Shown in pieces: positions 20,219-29,692 of a stretch of 64,000 nucleotides of DNA. Each line of letters begins with the position of its first letter. Position 1 is the first letter of the stretch. The stretch is taken from assembly GCA_002493005.1 (NCBI GenBank), contig DKXL01000029.1:30789-94788 (forward strand), given 5' to 3'. The translations under genes were made by a program, and so were the position numbers. This stretch comes from Ruminococcaceae bacterium UBA7127 (GTDB lineage: Bacteria > Bacillota > Clostridia > Oscillospirales > Acutalibacteraceae). A model generated the notes under the pieces. It saw only the letters and a list, made by a program, of their open reading frames with translations. It was not told where the DNA came from and made no database searches.

Positions 20219-21616
20219 ATGGCAATTATTATGAAAGTAAAACATTCTATTATTCCGTTTATACCGATTGCGCTTGCAATGGCAGTGCTGAAAATTATGA
20301 GTATTTTTGCTGTTGACAGCAACGGACTATTGTTTGGTATGAACAAGATAGGTATTTCATATCTTACCGTGCTTTTGGCATTAGGATTGTTTGTTGTTTG
20401 TGTGCTTCTCAATTTGTTTGACCGCAAGACTGCTCCTGTTTATAAAGTGAAAAAGAATTATATTTCGGGTGTTTTTGCAATTCTTTTTGGACTTTCGGTT
20501 GTATGTTCGTCTTTTATTATCTTAATGAACACCTCAAGGGATAATTCGGATTATTACTTTATGAGTATAATTCTTGCAGCGTTTTCAATACCTGCGTGTA
20601 TTGCTTTTGTAATTATGAGCAAGGCTCATTTTACCGGCAGAACTACAGTTTCGGGTGTTTCTCTGTTGTATATTTTCCCCGCGCTTTGGGGCTGTTGTGC
20701 ACTTGTGTATGAGTTTTTGACCGTAACTAAGGTATCTGTTTCGGCAACAGATTTGACTTCACTGTTTTGCTGCATTTTTATTACTCTCTACCTGTTTTCA
20801 TATGCTATGATTTTATCCAGAGTAAAGGGCAGAAATCCTGTCAAAGCCTGTTTTATCTATGGTCTTCCGGCAGTTGCGCTGTCACTTTCATATGGCGTTT
20901 ATGAGGTTGTAACAGCTGTGTATGAAAATACAGGTGTTCAGACTATAGTTCTTGGCGCACAGTTTGTAATTTTTGCTGTTTATGCTATTTCATTTATTAT
21001 TGAGATGTTCACAGGCACACTCACCAAGGATGAGGTTGAAATCATTGACAGTCTTCCGGAGGAAGAAGATACCTACGAGAACAGCTACATCAAGTCAGGA
21101 GCTTATGACGAGTTGCTCAAAAGCGACAAAAGTAACGATGACAGTGATAAATTAGATTCGTCATATGGATATTTGGGCGATTTTGTAACCGGTTACCAAG
21201 AAGATAATGATGTTCAGTTTTCGGGTCAAAAGCCTGATGTACTTGACAGTGTGATTATGGACTCAGGTTCACAAAAGACTCCTGATTTGGTTGAGGATAT
21301 TCTTGCTCAGGCAGCTGAAAGAAGGTCAGTCGAGCAAAAAAATAACGAGGCTAAAGAGGAAACTGATAATTCTGTGACTGCAAATTCCGAAATTTTGCAG
21401 GAAGAACCAAAATCCGATGCTGCAGCAGTGCCGAAGCCTGTCGATGAACCTAAAGAGGAAAAGGCTGAAATAATTGAACCGATGCCTACAGCAGAGCAGA
21501 AGTTAGCTGAAACTGCAAAAACTGCTGATAATGATTTAAGCAGTGACGATATAATCAGCCGCGACAGATTAAGTCAGATTGACAAACTTTTGGCTGAACT
21601 TGAAAATAAAAAATGA
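20219..21616 (+). CDS. Polytopic membrane protein (~8 TM) with a long acidic C-terminal tail
   Basis: Multiple hydrophobic segments in the first ~265 aa, D/E-rich remainder; start could also be the later ATG. Confidence 0.75.
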   Translation: MAIIMKVKHSIIPFIPIALAMAVLKIMSIFAVDSNGLLFGMNKIGISYLTVLLALGLFVVCVLLNLFDRKTAPVYKVKKNYISGVFAILFGLSVVCSSFIILMNTSRDNSDYYFMSIILAAFSIPACIAFVIMSKAHFTGRTTVSGVSLLYIFPALWGCCALVYEFLTVTKVSVSATDLTSLFCCIFITLYLFSYAMILSRVKGRNPVKACFIYGLPAVALSLSYGVYEVVTAVYENTGVQTIVLGAQFVIFAVYAISFIIEMFTGTLTKDEVEIIDSLPEEEDTYENSYIKSGAYDELLKSDKSNDDSDKLDSSYGYLGDFVTGYQEDNDVQFSGQKPDVLDSVIMDSGSQKTPDLVEDILAQAAERRSVEQKNNEAKEETDNSVTANSEILQEEPKSDAAAVPKPVDEPKEEKAEIIEPMPTAEQKLAETAKTADNDLSSDDIISRDRLSQIDKLLAELENKK

Positions 21617-21618
21617 TA

Positions 21619-21647
21619 TTGACATTCTTAAATCAGAGTGTTATTAT
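21619..21647 (+). promoter_or_regulatory. Sigma-A promoter of the thrS leader
   Basis: TTGACA-17 nt-TATTAT with extended TG. Confidence 0.7.
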
Positions 21648-21654
21648 TAATAAA

Positions 21655-21900
21655 AATAATAGTGATTGCAGATAAGGACACGGTTTGCAAAAGACCTTTT
21701 TCAGAGAGCGGAGTAATTTGCTGTGATATTCCGCATAAGGATTTGCAGACTACCACCTTTGAAACTGTACAGGAAATGGTACGGCGTAAGACCGCGTTAA
21801 GGTCATTTGAGGACATTGCCTTGCGCGTTGTCAAATTTGGGTGGAACCACGATTTATTCGTCCCAATATTCCATTAAGGAATATTGGGGCTTTTTATTTT
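21655..21900 (+). promoter_or_regulatory. T-box riboswitch (Thr)
   Basis: AGAGA and GCTG stem I motifs; GAA-ACT specifier (Thr); AATTTGGGTGGAACCACG T-box; CCCAATATTCC/GGAATATTGGG terminator with T-run; upstream of thrS. Confidence 0.92.
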
Positions 21901-21929
21901 AATAATAATTTTTGCAAAGGAGCTTTAAA

Positions 21930-23870
21930 ATGATTAATGTTGAACTTAAAGGCGGAGTAGTCAAGGAATTTGACTGCGGTACAACACCTGCTGAAATTGC
22001 AAAATCAATAGGAATGGGACTTTACAAGTCTGTATGCTGTGCAAGGGTTGATGATGAGATTGTTGACCTAAGAACGCCGCTTGAGAATGATTGCAGACTT
22101 GACCTGCTGACATTTGATGACCCGGAGGGTAAAAAAACTTTTTGGCATACCGCCTCTCATGTTCTTGCACAGGCAGTAAAACGACTTTATCCAAATGCTA
22201 AGTGTGCAATCGGTCCTGCTGTTGACAGCGGATTTTATTATGATTTTGACGTTGAAAAGCCTTTTTCAGCTGACGACCTTGAAAAAATAAAGGCGGAGAT
22301 GAAAAAAATCGTTAAATCAGGTGCAGAGCTTGAACGCTTTGAACTTTCTCCCGATGCGGCAATTGAAAAGCTCAGTGAAATGAACGAACCGTATAAGATT
22401 GAACTTGTTAAGGAGCACGCCGATAACGGTGAAAATATCAGCTTTTACAAGCAGGATGATTTTACAGATCTTTGTGCAGGACCTCATCTTATGAATGTTT
22501 CTGTGCTCAAGGCAATTGAGCTTACAAACTGTACAGGTGCATATTGGAGAGGAGACGCAAACAACGCACAGCTTTGCCGTGTATACGGAGTTGCATTTCC
22601 AAAGGCTTCAATGCTTGAAGAGCATCTCAAAATGCTGGCTGAAGCAAAGCTTCGTGATCATAATAAACTTGGCAGAGAGCTTGAGCTGTTTACAACAAGT
22701 GAGGTAATCGGTCAGGGCTTGCCTATTCTTCTTCCAAAGGGTGCAAGAATTATTCAGCTTTTGCAGCGCTTTGTAGAGGATGAGGAGCAACGCCGTGGTT
22801 GGCTGCTTACCAAAACTCCGTTTATGGCTAAGAGTGATTTGTACAAAATCAGCGGACACTGGGATCATTATCAGGACGGTATGTTTATTCTCGGAGATCC
22901 TGAAAAGGATGATGAGGTATTTGCTCTTCGTCCGATGACATGTCCGTTCCAGTATCAGGCATATCTAAACCGTCAGCGCTCATATCGTGACCTGCCGTTA
23001 AGATACAATGAAACATCAACTCTTTTCCGCAACGAGGCAAGCGGCGAAATGCACGGACTGATTCGTGTTCGTCAGTTTACAATATCAGAAGGTCACCTTA
23101 TGTGTCTGCCTGAACAGCTTGAGCAGGAGTTCAAGGGCTGTCTTGAGCTTGCCATTTATATGCTGAAAACACTAGGGCTATATGAAGATGTTTCATATCG
23201 CTTTTCACAGTGGGATCCAAAGGATAAAGAAAAATATATCGGCACTGCCGAACAATGGGATGAAGCACAGGGAATAATGCGAAAAATTCTTGATGACCTT
23301 GAAGTGCCTTATGCAATAGGTATAGGTGAGGCTGCCTTTTATGGTCCTAAGCTCGATATTCAGATAAAGAATGTTTACGGCAAAGAGGACACTCTCATTA
23401 CAATCCAGATTGACCAAATGCTTGCAGAAAAGTTTAATATGGAATATGTAGACAGAGATGGCACAAAGAAGAATCCTTACATTATTCATAGAACTTCAAT
23501 AGGCTGCTATGAAAGAACACTTGCTCTTCTCATTGAGAAGTACGCTGGCGCATTCCCAATGTGGCTTGCTCCTGTTCAGGTTAAGCTTTTGCCTGTTGCA
23601 GACAGACACCTTGATTATGTTTACGAGATTAAAAAGGTGCTCGAGGCGAACGGTATGCGTGTAGAGGTTGATTCAAGAAGTGAAAAGATTGGCTACAAAA
23701 TCCGTGAGGCTCAACTTGAAAAGGTACCGTATATGTTTATTATAGGTGACAAGGATGTTGAGGCAAATACTGTTTCTGTTCGTCACAGAAAGAATGGTGA
23801 CCTTGGCGCAATGCAGCTTGATGAATTTGTCCAAAAGGCTCTTGAAGAAATAAATAATAAGACAATTTAA
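21930..23870 (+). CDS. thrS: Threonine--tRNA ligase
   Basis: TGS domain, DLCAGPH, DHNKLG, RPMTCP, AAFYGPKLD, IIHR. Confidence 0.97.
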   Translation: MINVELKGGVVKEFDCGTTPAEIAKSIGMGLYKSVCCARVDDEIVDLRTPLENDCRLDLLTFDDPEGKKTFWHTASHVLAQAVKRLYPNAKCAIGPAVDSGFYYDFDVEKPFSADDLEKIKAEMKKIVKSGAELERFELSPDAAIEKLSEMNEPYKIELVKEHADNGENISFYKQDDFTDLCAGPHLMNVSVLKAIELTNCTGAYWRGDANNAQLCRVYGVAFPKASMLEEHLKMLAEAKLRDHNKLGRELELFTTSEVIGQGLPILLPKGARIIQLLQRFVEDEEQRRGWLLTKTPFMAKSDLYKISGHWDHYQDGMFILGDPEKDDEVFALRPMTCPFQYQAYLNRQRSYRDLPLRYNETSTLFRNEASGEMHGLIRVRQFTISEGHLMCLPEQLEQEFKGCLELAIYMLKTLGLYEDVSYRFSQWDPKDKEKYIGTAEQWDEAQGIMRKILDDLEVPYAIGIGEAAFYGPKLDIQIKNVYGKEDTLITIQIDQMLAEKFNMEYVDRDGTKKNPYIIHRTSIGCYERTLALLIEKYAGAFPMWLAPVQVKLLPVADRHLDYVYEIKKVLEANGMRVEVDSRSEKIGYKIREAQLEKVPYMFIIGDKDVEANTVSVRHRKNGDLGAMQLDEFVQKALEEINNKTI

Positions 23871-23926
23871 GTCTACTAAAAAATTTGTTATTTTTTAATT
23901 TGTGATTATTATAAAGCAGGTGAGCT

Positions 23927-24667
23927 ATGCCTTACGGCTACATTCCGTATGAAAAAACGCACTACAAAGTGAACCGACACAGCTTTAAAAAGCGGCGCAT
24001 AATAATATCGGCAATAATTATTTTGGCGGTGGCAATAATTGCGGCGGGCATATTCTTCGCAATACGTGTGCATAATGATGACATATTGTCGTCGACTGAT
24101 GATGGGACGGCGGATTCGTCACAGCTTCTTAGCGTTGTAGGCGCGCAGTCACCGCTTGAAAAAAGCTATGTTCCAATGCTTTGTGATTGTGAGGGATTCA
24201 GGGTGAATGTGCTTGTTGAGGATTCACTCTCGCAAATGATTTTGGACGCAGCGGCAAAGGGAATAAAGCTAAAAATTAAATCGGCTTATGTTTCTTATGA
24301 AGAACAAAACATTCTTTATGAAGAAACACTATCACAATACCTGAATGATGCAAAGCTGTCAAAGGTGAGGGCAGAAGCAGAAGCCCAAAAGCAAACACCT
24401 ATTGCAGGATGCAGTGAGGCGCAGACAGGACTGCTGATAGATTTTGATTTGAGTGAAACGAGTGCAAAGGCATTTGTTCAGCGTGAATGTGTAAATTACG
24501 GCTTTGTACTGCGCTATCCGAACGGCAAAGAGGGCATAACTCATAAGACTTCAAGCGACACCTTGTACAGATATGTCGGTGTTGACAATGCCAAGAAGAT
24601 GCGAGCATATGATATGTGTCTTGAAGAATATAACGATTATCTTTTAAAGCAAGGCTCTCAAAATTAA
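23927..24667 (+). CDS. Membrane-anchored VanY/M15B D,D-carboxypeptidase-like protein with a degenerate active site
   Basis: N-terminal TM; SAYVSYEEQ, GCSEAQTGLLID, YGFVLRYP, LYRYVG. Confidence 0.8.
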   Translation: MPYGYIPYEKTHYKVNRHSFKKRRIIISAIIILAVAIIAAGIFFAIRVHNDDILSSTDDGTADSSQLLSVVGAQSPLEKSYVPMLCDCEGFRVNVLVEDSLSQMILDAAAKGIKLKIKSAYVSYEEQNILYEETLSQYLNDAKLSKVRAEAEAQKQTPIAGCSEAQTGLLIDFDLSETSAKAFVQRECVNYGFVLRYPNGKEGITHKTSSDTLYRYVGVDNAKKMRAYDMCLEEYNDYLLKQGSQN

Positions 24668-24686
24668 AAAAATATGCAAAAAACAC

Positions 24687-24715
24687 TTGCTTTTTGCGGT
24701 AGTATGTTGTATAAT
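24687..24715 (+). promoter_or_regulatory. Sigma-A promoter of rpmE
   Basis: TTGCTT-17 nt-TATAAT. Confidence 0.65.
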
Positions 24716-24753
24716 AACTCTGTTAATTGTGTAACGTCAGGTAGGTGAAAATA

Positions 24754-24957
24754 ATGAAAGAGAATATCCATCCTAAGTATGAGAAAACAACAATTACTTG
24801 TGCTTGCGGTAATGTTATTGAAACAGCTTCAACAAAGAGCGATATTCGTGTTGAAATTTGTTCAAAATGCCACCCGTTCTATACAGGAAAGCAGAAATTA
24901 GTTGATACAGGCGGACGTGTTGACAGATTTAAAAAGCGTTTCGGCATGGAAAAATAA
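24754..24957 (+). CDS. rpmE: 50S ribosomal protein L31 (zinc-binding type)
   Basis: [26 protein letters not shown]. Confidence 0.97.
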   Translation: MKENIHPKYEKTTITCACGNVIETASTKSDIRVEICSKCHPFYTGKQKLVDTGGRVDRFKKRFGMEK

Positions 24958-25022
24958 TTTTATTTGTAATTGTTCAGGCGGCACGCAGTGCCGCCTAATT
25001 TACTATCCGAGGTAATTATATT

Positions 25023-25655
25023 ATGTCTAAAGACTACAAAACCGTAAGTCGCAGTGCAAAAGATGAATTTGTTGAAAAACGCTCACGCTTTATCGGGTAT
25101 TGCAAACCGGTTTCATCGGAGCAGGAGGCTATAGATTTTATAAACGAAAAGCGAAGCGAGCACTGGAATGCAACGCACAATGTATATGCATATTCTTTGC
25201 GTGATGGCAATATAAAGCGTTACAGCGACGACGGTGAGCCGTCAGGCACAGCCGGAATGCCGACTCTTGACGTTATCACAAAGAATGAAATCTATGATGT
25301 CTGCGTTGTTGTCACACGTTACTTTGGTGGGGTGCTTCTTGGAACCGGAGGACTTGTCAGAGCTTATTCTCAGGGAGCAAAGCTGGCTTTAGAGGCAGGC
25401 GGTATTGTACTTATGCAAAGCTGTGATATTTGCAGTCTGAAATGCAGTTATAATCAGTATGGAAAAATATCTTCACAGATAATTGATATGGGTGCTGTTG
25501 TTGACGATACAATTTTTGAAACCGACGTTATAATAAAATTTCATATCAAATCTCAAAGTCTGCCGAGTCTTAATAAAATGCTTGCCGATTTAACCTGCGG
25601 TGAGGTGCAGGTCGCTTTAGACGGGAACGATTTTTTTCCTATGGTTGCCGATTAG
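25023..25655 (+). CDS. YigZ/IMPACT family protein
   Basis: KRSRFIG, ATHN, SDDGEPSGTAG, VTRYFGGVLLGTGGLVRAY. Confidence 0.93.
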   Translation: MSKDYKTVSRSAKDEFVEKRSRFIGYCKPVSSEQEAIDFINEKRSEHWNATHNVYAYSLRDGNIKRYSDDGEPSGTAGMPTLDVITKNEIYDVCVVVTRYFGGVLLGTGGLVRAYSQGAKLALEAGGIVLMQSCDICSLKCSYNQYGKISSQIIDMGAVVDDTIFETDVIIKFHIKSQSLPSLNKMLADLTCGEVQVALDGNDFFPMVAD

Positions 25656-25786
25656 TTCTAAAAATTTATAAATATGAGTTAATTACTAACAATAAAAAGA
25701 AAAATATTAAAAATTTTGCAATGTTTAAAGGAATATTAAAAAAAAAAGCGTAAAAAACTAATAGGAAACATGAAAGGAGGAGTTTT

Positions 25787-27553
25787 ATGGCTTTCCCCGA
25801 AAGTTTTTTGCAGGATTTGAAGATGCGCAACGATATTACAGATGTTGTTTCGTCATATGTCAGCCTTAAAAGACGCGGCAGGAATATGGTCGGACTCTGT
25901 CCGTTTCATGGCGAAAAAACTCCGTCTTTTAATGTGTACACCGAAAACGGTTCATTTTATTGCTTTGGATGCGGCGCAGGCGGCGATGTCATTACATTTA
26001 TAATGAAAATCGAAAACCTCGATTACCTTGAGGCGGTCAAATTATTGGCTCAGCGTGCAGGACTTGAAATACCGCAGGATTCATATGACGACAGTATGAG
26101 CAGATTGCGCACACGTGTTCTTGAGGCTAATCGTGAGGCGGCAAGATTCTATTATGATTCGCTTTATTCGCCGCAGGGCAGAAGCGGTCTTGATTACTTT
26201 CATTCCCGAATGTTATCCGACAAAACAATCCGCAGGTTCGGACTTGGCTTTGCCGATGATAATTGGTCGTCGCTGTGTAATCATCTGCGGCAAAAAGGAT
26301 TTAAGGATCATGAGCTTGTAGCGGCAAACCTTGCTTCTCAGCGCAGAAACGGCAATGGGATTTATGATCGTTTTACTAATCGTGTTATGTTCCCGATTAT
26401 TGATTTGCGAGGCAACGTCATCGCGTTCGGTGGCCGAATTATGACCGACCAAAAGCCAAAATATTTGAACACATCTGATACTCCCGTGTTCAAAAAAAGC
26501 GCAAATCTGTTTTCGCTTAACAATGCCAAAAATTCCGGTTCACGTACGCTTTTGCTGTGTGAGGGATATATGGATGTTATCGCTGTCAATCAGGCGGGAT
26601 TTCACAATGCTGTTGCAACTCTCGGTACTGCTCTCACAAGTGAACAGGCTGTGCTGATGAAGCGTTATGCAGATGAGATTATAATCTGTTATGATGCCGA
26701 TGAGGCAGGACAAAAGGCTACTGCAAGAGCAATTCCGATTTTGCGAAACTCAGGACTTAATGTAAAGGTTCTAACAATTCCGAGCGGCAAGGACCCTGAT
26801 GAATTTATCAAATCAAAGGGCAAGGACGGTCCTGCGGCATTTGGTGCTCTGATTGACAAGTGCGGCAATGATGTTGAATACCGTCTGCAAAAGTTAAAGC
26901 AAAATTATAATTTGGAGTTTACCGAGGGGAAGGTTGCCTTTTTGCAGGATGCGGCAAAGGTTATTGCTACTATCTCAAGCCCTATTGAACGTGATGTTTA
27001 TTCGTCAAAGGTTTGCAACGAACTTAAAGTTGATAAAAACGCATTTGTACAGCAGATAAACAGCATATCACGAAAATCAAACCGCGAAAACGCCAAAAAA
27101 CAGGCAAGGCAAATTCAAACTGACTTAAGCGGCAGAAATGATAAAATTAATACAGAACACCGCCAAAAGCCCCGAAGCTCAAGTGCGGAAGAAGCACTTT
27201 TAGTGTATCTTATAAATAACCCTGATGCGTATTCTGAAATATCGTCACATATTGCGCCGTCCCAATTTCAAAATTCTTTTATACGGCGATATTTTGAATA
27301 TGTGCTAAATCGCATACAAAACGGGCTTGACCCTTTGACCAATATTGCTGCCGATTTCAGTGCAGACGAGGTGTCAAAGCTGTATCAGCTTATGTCGCAG
27401 GCGATTCCGGCGGCGTCTACTCCTGATGCAATGAGGGAATACATAAAGGTTATTAACGAGGAAAGCTCAAAGCTGAAAAAAGAGGATCTTGATAATATAT
27501 CCGACAATCAGCTTATGGATTACCTCGAAAGAATAAGGAAAAGCAAACAATAA
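25787..27553 (+). CDS. dnaG: DNA primase
   Basis: CPFHGEKTPSF..CFGC zinc finger, KYLNT, EGYMDV, YDADEAG, KDPDE. Confidence 0.97.
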   Translation: MAFPESFLQDLKMRNDITDVVSSYVSLKRRGRNMVGLCPFHGEKTPSFNVYTENGSFYCFGCGAGGDVITFIMKIENLDYLEAVKLLAQRAGLEIPQDSYDDSMSRLRTRVLEANREAARFYYDSLYSPQGRSGLDYFHSRMLSDKTIRRFGLGFADDNWSSLCNHLRQKGFKDHELVAANLASQRRNGNGIYDRFTNRVMFPIIDLRGNVIAFGGRIMTDQKPKYLNTSDTPVFKKSANLFSLNNAKNSGSRTLLLCEGYMDVIAVNQAGFHNAVATLGTALTSEQAVLMKRYADEIIICYDADEAGQKATARAIPILRNSGLNVKVLTIPSGKDPDEFIKSKGKDGPAAFGALIDKCGNDVEYRLQKLKQNYNLEFTEGKVAFLQDAAKVIATISSPIERDVYSSKVCNELKVDKNAFVQQINSISRKSNRENAKKQARQIQTDLSGRNDKINTEHRQKPRSSSAEEALLVYLINNPDAYSEISSHIAPSQFQNSFIRRYFEYVLNRIQNGLDPLTNIAADFSADEVSKLYQLMSQAIPAASTPDAMREYIKVINEESSKLKKEDLDNISDNQLMDYLERIRKSKQ

Positions 27554-27574
27554 TATAAAGAGCAGGAAAGGAAA

Positions 27575-28681
27575 ATGAGTATGGCAGTTCTACAGGATAA
27601 AAAAACTCTTACCAAAGAGCTTATCGAGCTTGGCAAACAGAAAGGACAACTGACAAATCAGGACATTCTTGATGCTATCGGCGAAATTGATTTTGAACCG
27701 GAGCAACTTGAAAAGCTGTATGATACTATTGAACAGCAGGGAATAGAAATTGTTGAGGATATCGGCGACATTAAAATCGAAGATATTGAACTTGATTTTA
27801 ACGATCACAAAGACAGCAATTCTACAGCTGTTGCCGCTGATCCAAGCGTTACTGTTGATGACCCGGTAAAGGTATATCTCAAGGAAATCGGCCGTGTTCC
27901 TCTTCTTACTTCTGATGAAGAGATTGAACTTGCGATAAGAATTTCCGATGGTGATGTTGCGGCAAAACAACGTCTTTCCGAAGCAAACCTGCGCCTTGTT
28001 GTATCTATCGCAAAGCGTTATCTTGGCAGAGGAATGCAGTTCTTGGATCTTATTCAGGAGGGCAATCTCGGTCTTATCAAGGCTGTTGAAAAGTTTGACT
28101 ACACAAAGGGATTTAAGTTTTCAACATATGCAACATGGTGGATAAGACAGGCAATTACCCGTGCTATTGCAGACCAGGCAAGAACAATCCGTATTCCTGT
28201 TCATATGGTTGAAACAATAAACAAAGTAAAAAAGGTTCAGAGTCAGCTTCTCCATCAGAATGGTCACGAACCGTCTGCTGATGAAATTGCAGAGGAAATA
28301 GATATGCCTGTTGATAAGGTGCGCGAAATTATGAGAGTGGCTCAGGAGCCTGTATCTCTTGAAACTCCTATCGGTGAGGAAGAGGACAGCCATCTCGGCG
28401 ATTTTATTCCCGATAATGACGCGCCTGCGCCTGCCGATGCCGCTTCACACACAATGTTGCGTGAACAGCTTTCCGATGTTCTTTCAACACTCACTCCTCG
28501 TGAGGCAAAGGTTCTCAAACTGCGTTTTGGACTTGAGGACGGCAGAAGCAGAACACTCGAAGAGGTTGGCAAGGAGTTCAACGTAACACGTGAGCGTATT
28601 CGCCAGATTGAGGCAAAGGCATTGCGCAAGCTTCGCCACCCGTCAAGAAGCAGAAAACTCAAAGATTATCTTGACTATTAA
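27575..28681 (+). CDS. rpoD: Primary sigma factor SigA/RpoD
   Basis: [44 protein letters not shown]. Confidence 0.98.
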   Translation: MSMAVLQDKKTLTKELIELGKQKGQLTNQDILDAIGEIDFEPEQLEKLYDTIEQQGIEIVEDIGDIKIEDIELDFNDHKDSNSTAVAADPSVTVDDPVKVYLKEIGRVPLLTSDEEIELAIRISDGDVAAKQRLSEANLRLVVSIAKRYLGRGMQFLDLIQEGNLGLIKAVEKFDYTKGFKFSTYATWWIRQAITRAIADQARTIRIPVHMVETINKVKKVQSQLLHQNGHEPSADEIAEEIDMPVDKVREIMRVAQEPVSLETPIGEEEDSHLGDFIPDNDAPAPADAASHTMLREQLSDVLSTLTPREAKVLKLRFGLEDGRSRTLEEVGKEFNVTRERIRQIEAKALRKLRHPSRSRKLKDYLDY

Positions 28682-28689
28682 GTTTTGTT

Positions 28690-29064
28690 ATGATTACATT
28701 TGATGAATGTGCAGAAATGCTCGATGAAATTGCCGATTCAATGCCATATGAGCTTTATCGTGATTTAAACGGCGGAATATCGCTTTTGCCGCAGTCAAAA
28801 GTTCATCCGCAAGCGGTAAACAATGATTTGTTTATTTTGGGTGAATACATACGCAATTCGCTTGGCAATGCTATAGTGTTTTACTATGGTTCTATCAGCC
28901 GTGTGTACGGCAGACTCAGCAGGGAAGAGTATTACAATATGCTTGTAGGCATCCTGCACCACGAGGTGCGTCATCACAATGAATATCTCGCAGGATGCGA
29001 TGACCTCGGAATTTATGATAAAGAGAGAATCACAGAATATCTTAAAAGCAAAGGTGTAAACTAA
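28690..29064 (+). CDS. Zincin-like metallopeptidase family protein
   Basis: HEVRH (HExxH), ILGEY, IVFYYGS. Confidence 0.75.
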   Translation: MITFDECAEMLDEIADSMPYELYRDLNGGISLLPQSKVHPQAVNNDLFILGEYIRNSLGNAIVFYYGSISRVYGRLSREEYYNMLVGILHHEVRHHNEYLAGCDDLGIYDKERITEYLKSKGVN

Positions 29065-29072
29065 CCTATAAT

Positions 29073-29111
29073 AAAAAACAGTCTTGAAATTTATTTCAAG
29101 ACTGTTTTTTT
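29073..29111. terminator. Bidirectional terminator
   Basis: AAAAAAACAGTCTTGAAAT..ATTTCAAGACTGTTTTTTT. Confidence 0.8.
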
Positions 29112-29282
29112 AGTTTCAGGGATAATCCTCGCACTATCGCTTAGCAACGGTAGCCCGGTGTAAGCATTTTTCTATCAGTAATGCAGGAATCCCTTTTGTT
29201 TTAGTTTCGTTTTAATTTCGGGCACTAAAGGTTATTTTAAAAACAAAGCTGTCTGCTCGAAATGTGAGCGGCGTCACGCCGC

Positions 29283-29588
29283 CTAGCCTATTGTTATAAT
29301 TTGACCGGGATAAATAACGTTTGGATTATTAAGTCTGTTGAGATCAGAAAGTTGCTTGACAGTAGTGTTAAAACGTTGGGCTATTGACCAAAGAGTGTCG
29401 CCGGGGCGCGCAACATAGTAATTATTGTCGGCTGTTCCGGCAGGAATGCTCAGCACCTGCCCTACGTACAGGCTGTTCGGGTCTTGAATGTTGTTGTACT
29501 TCAAAATGTCGTTTATCGTAGTTTGAAAAAACTGTGCTATTGCAAATAATGTATTACCGGGTCTTACAGTGTATTGCACAAGCTCCAT
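29283..29588 (-). CDS. Small protein with two LysM domains
   Basis: YTVRPGNTLFAIA..LYVGQVLSIP and YVARPGDTLWSIA..IYPGQII; AAGGAGG RBS; no signal peptide. Confidence 0.9.
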   Translation of the reverse strand: MELVQYTVRPGNTLFAIAQFFQTTINDILKYNNIQDPNSLYVGQVLSIPAGTADNNYYVARPGDTLWSIAQRFNTTVKQLSDLNRLNNPNVIYPGQIITIG

Positions 29589-29692
29589 TTTTATCGCCTC
29601 CTTATGCTAATACATAATATGTAGTTTTCCTCTGATTGACACTGCGAATAAATTTTTCATAAATTGGTATGCTAAGTGTGGAGGTAATCAAT

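Noticed and set aside
21628-21877. ORFs 21638..21877 (+) and 21628..21834 (-)
   Set aside because: They overlap the thrS promoter and T-box leader and have no RBS or protein features.
29119-29193. Hammerhead ribozyme, SRP RNA or tRNA
   Set aside because: CUGAUAG resembles but does not match the CUGANGA/GAAA core in a three-way junction; there is no SRP domain IV motif and no cloverleaf.
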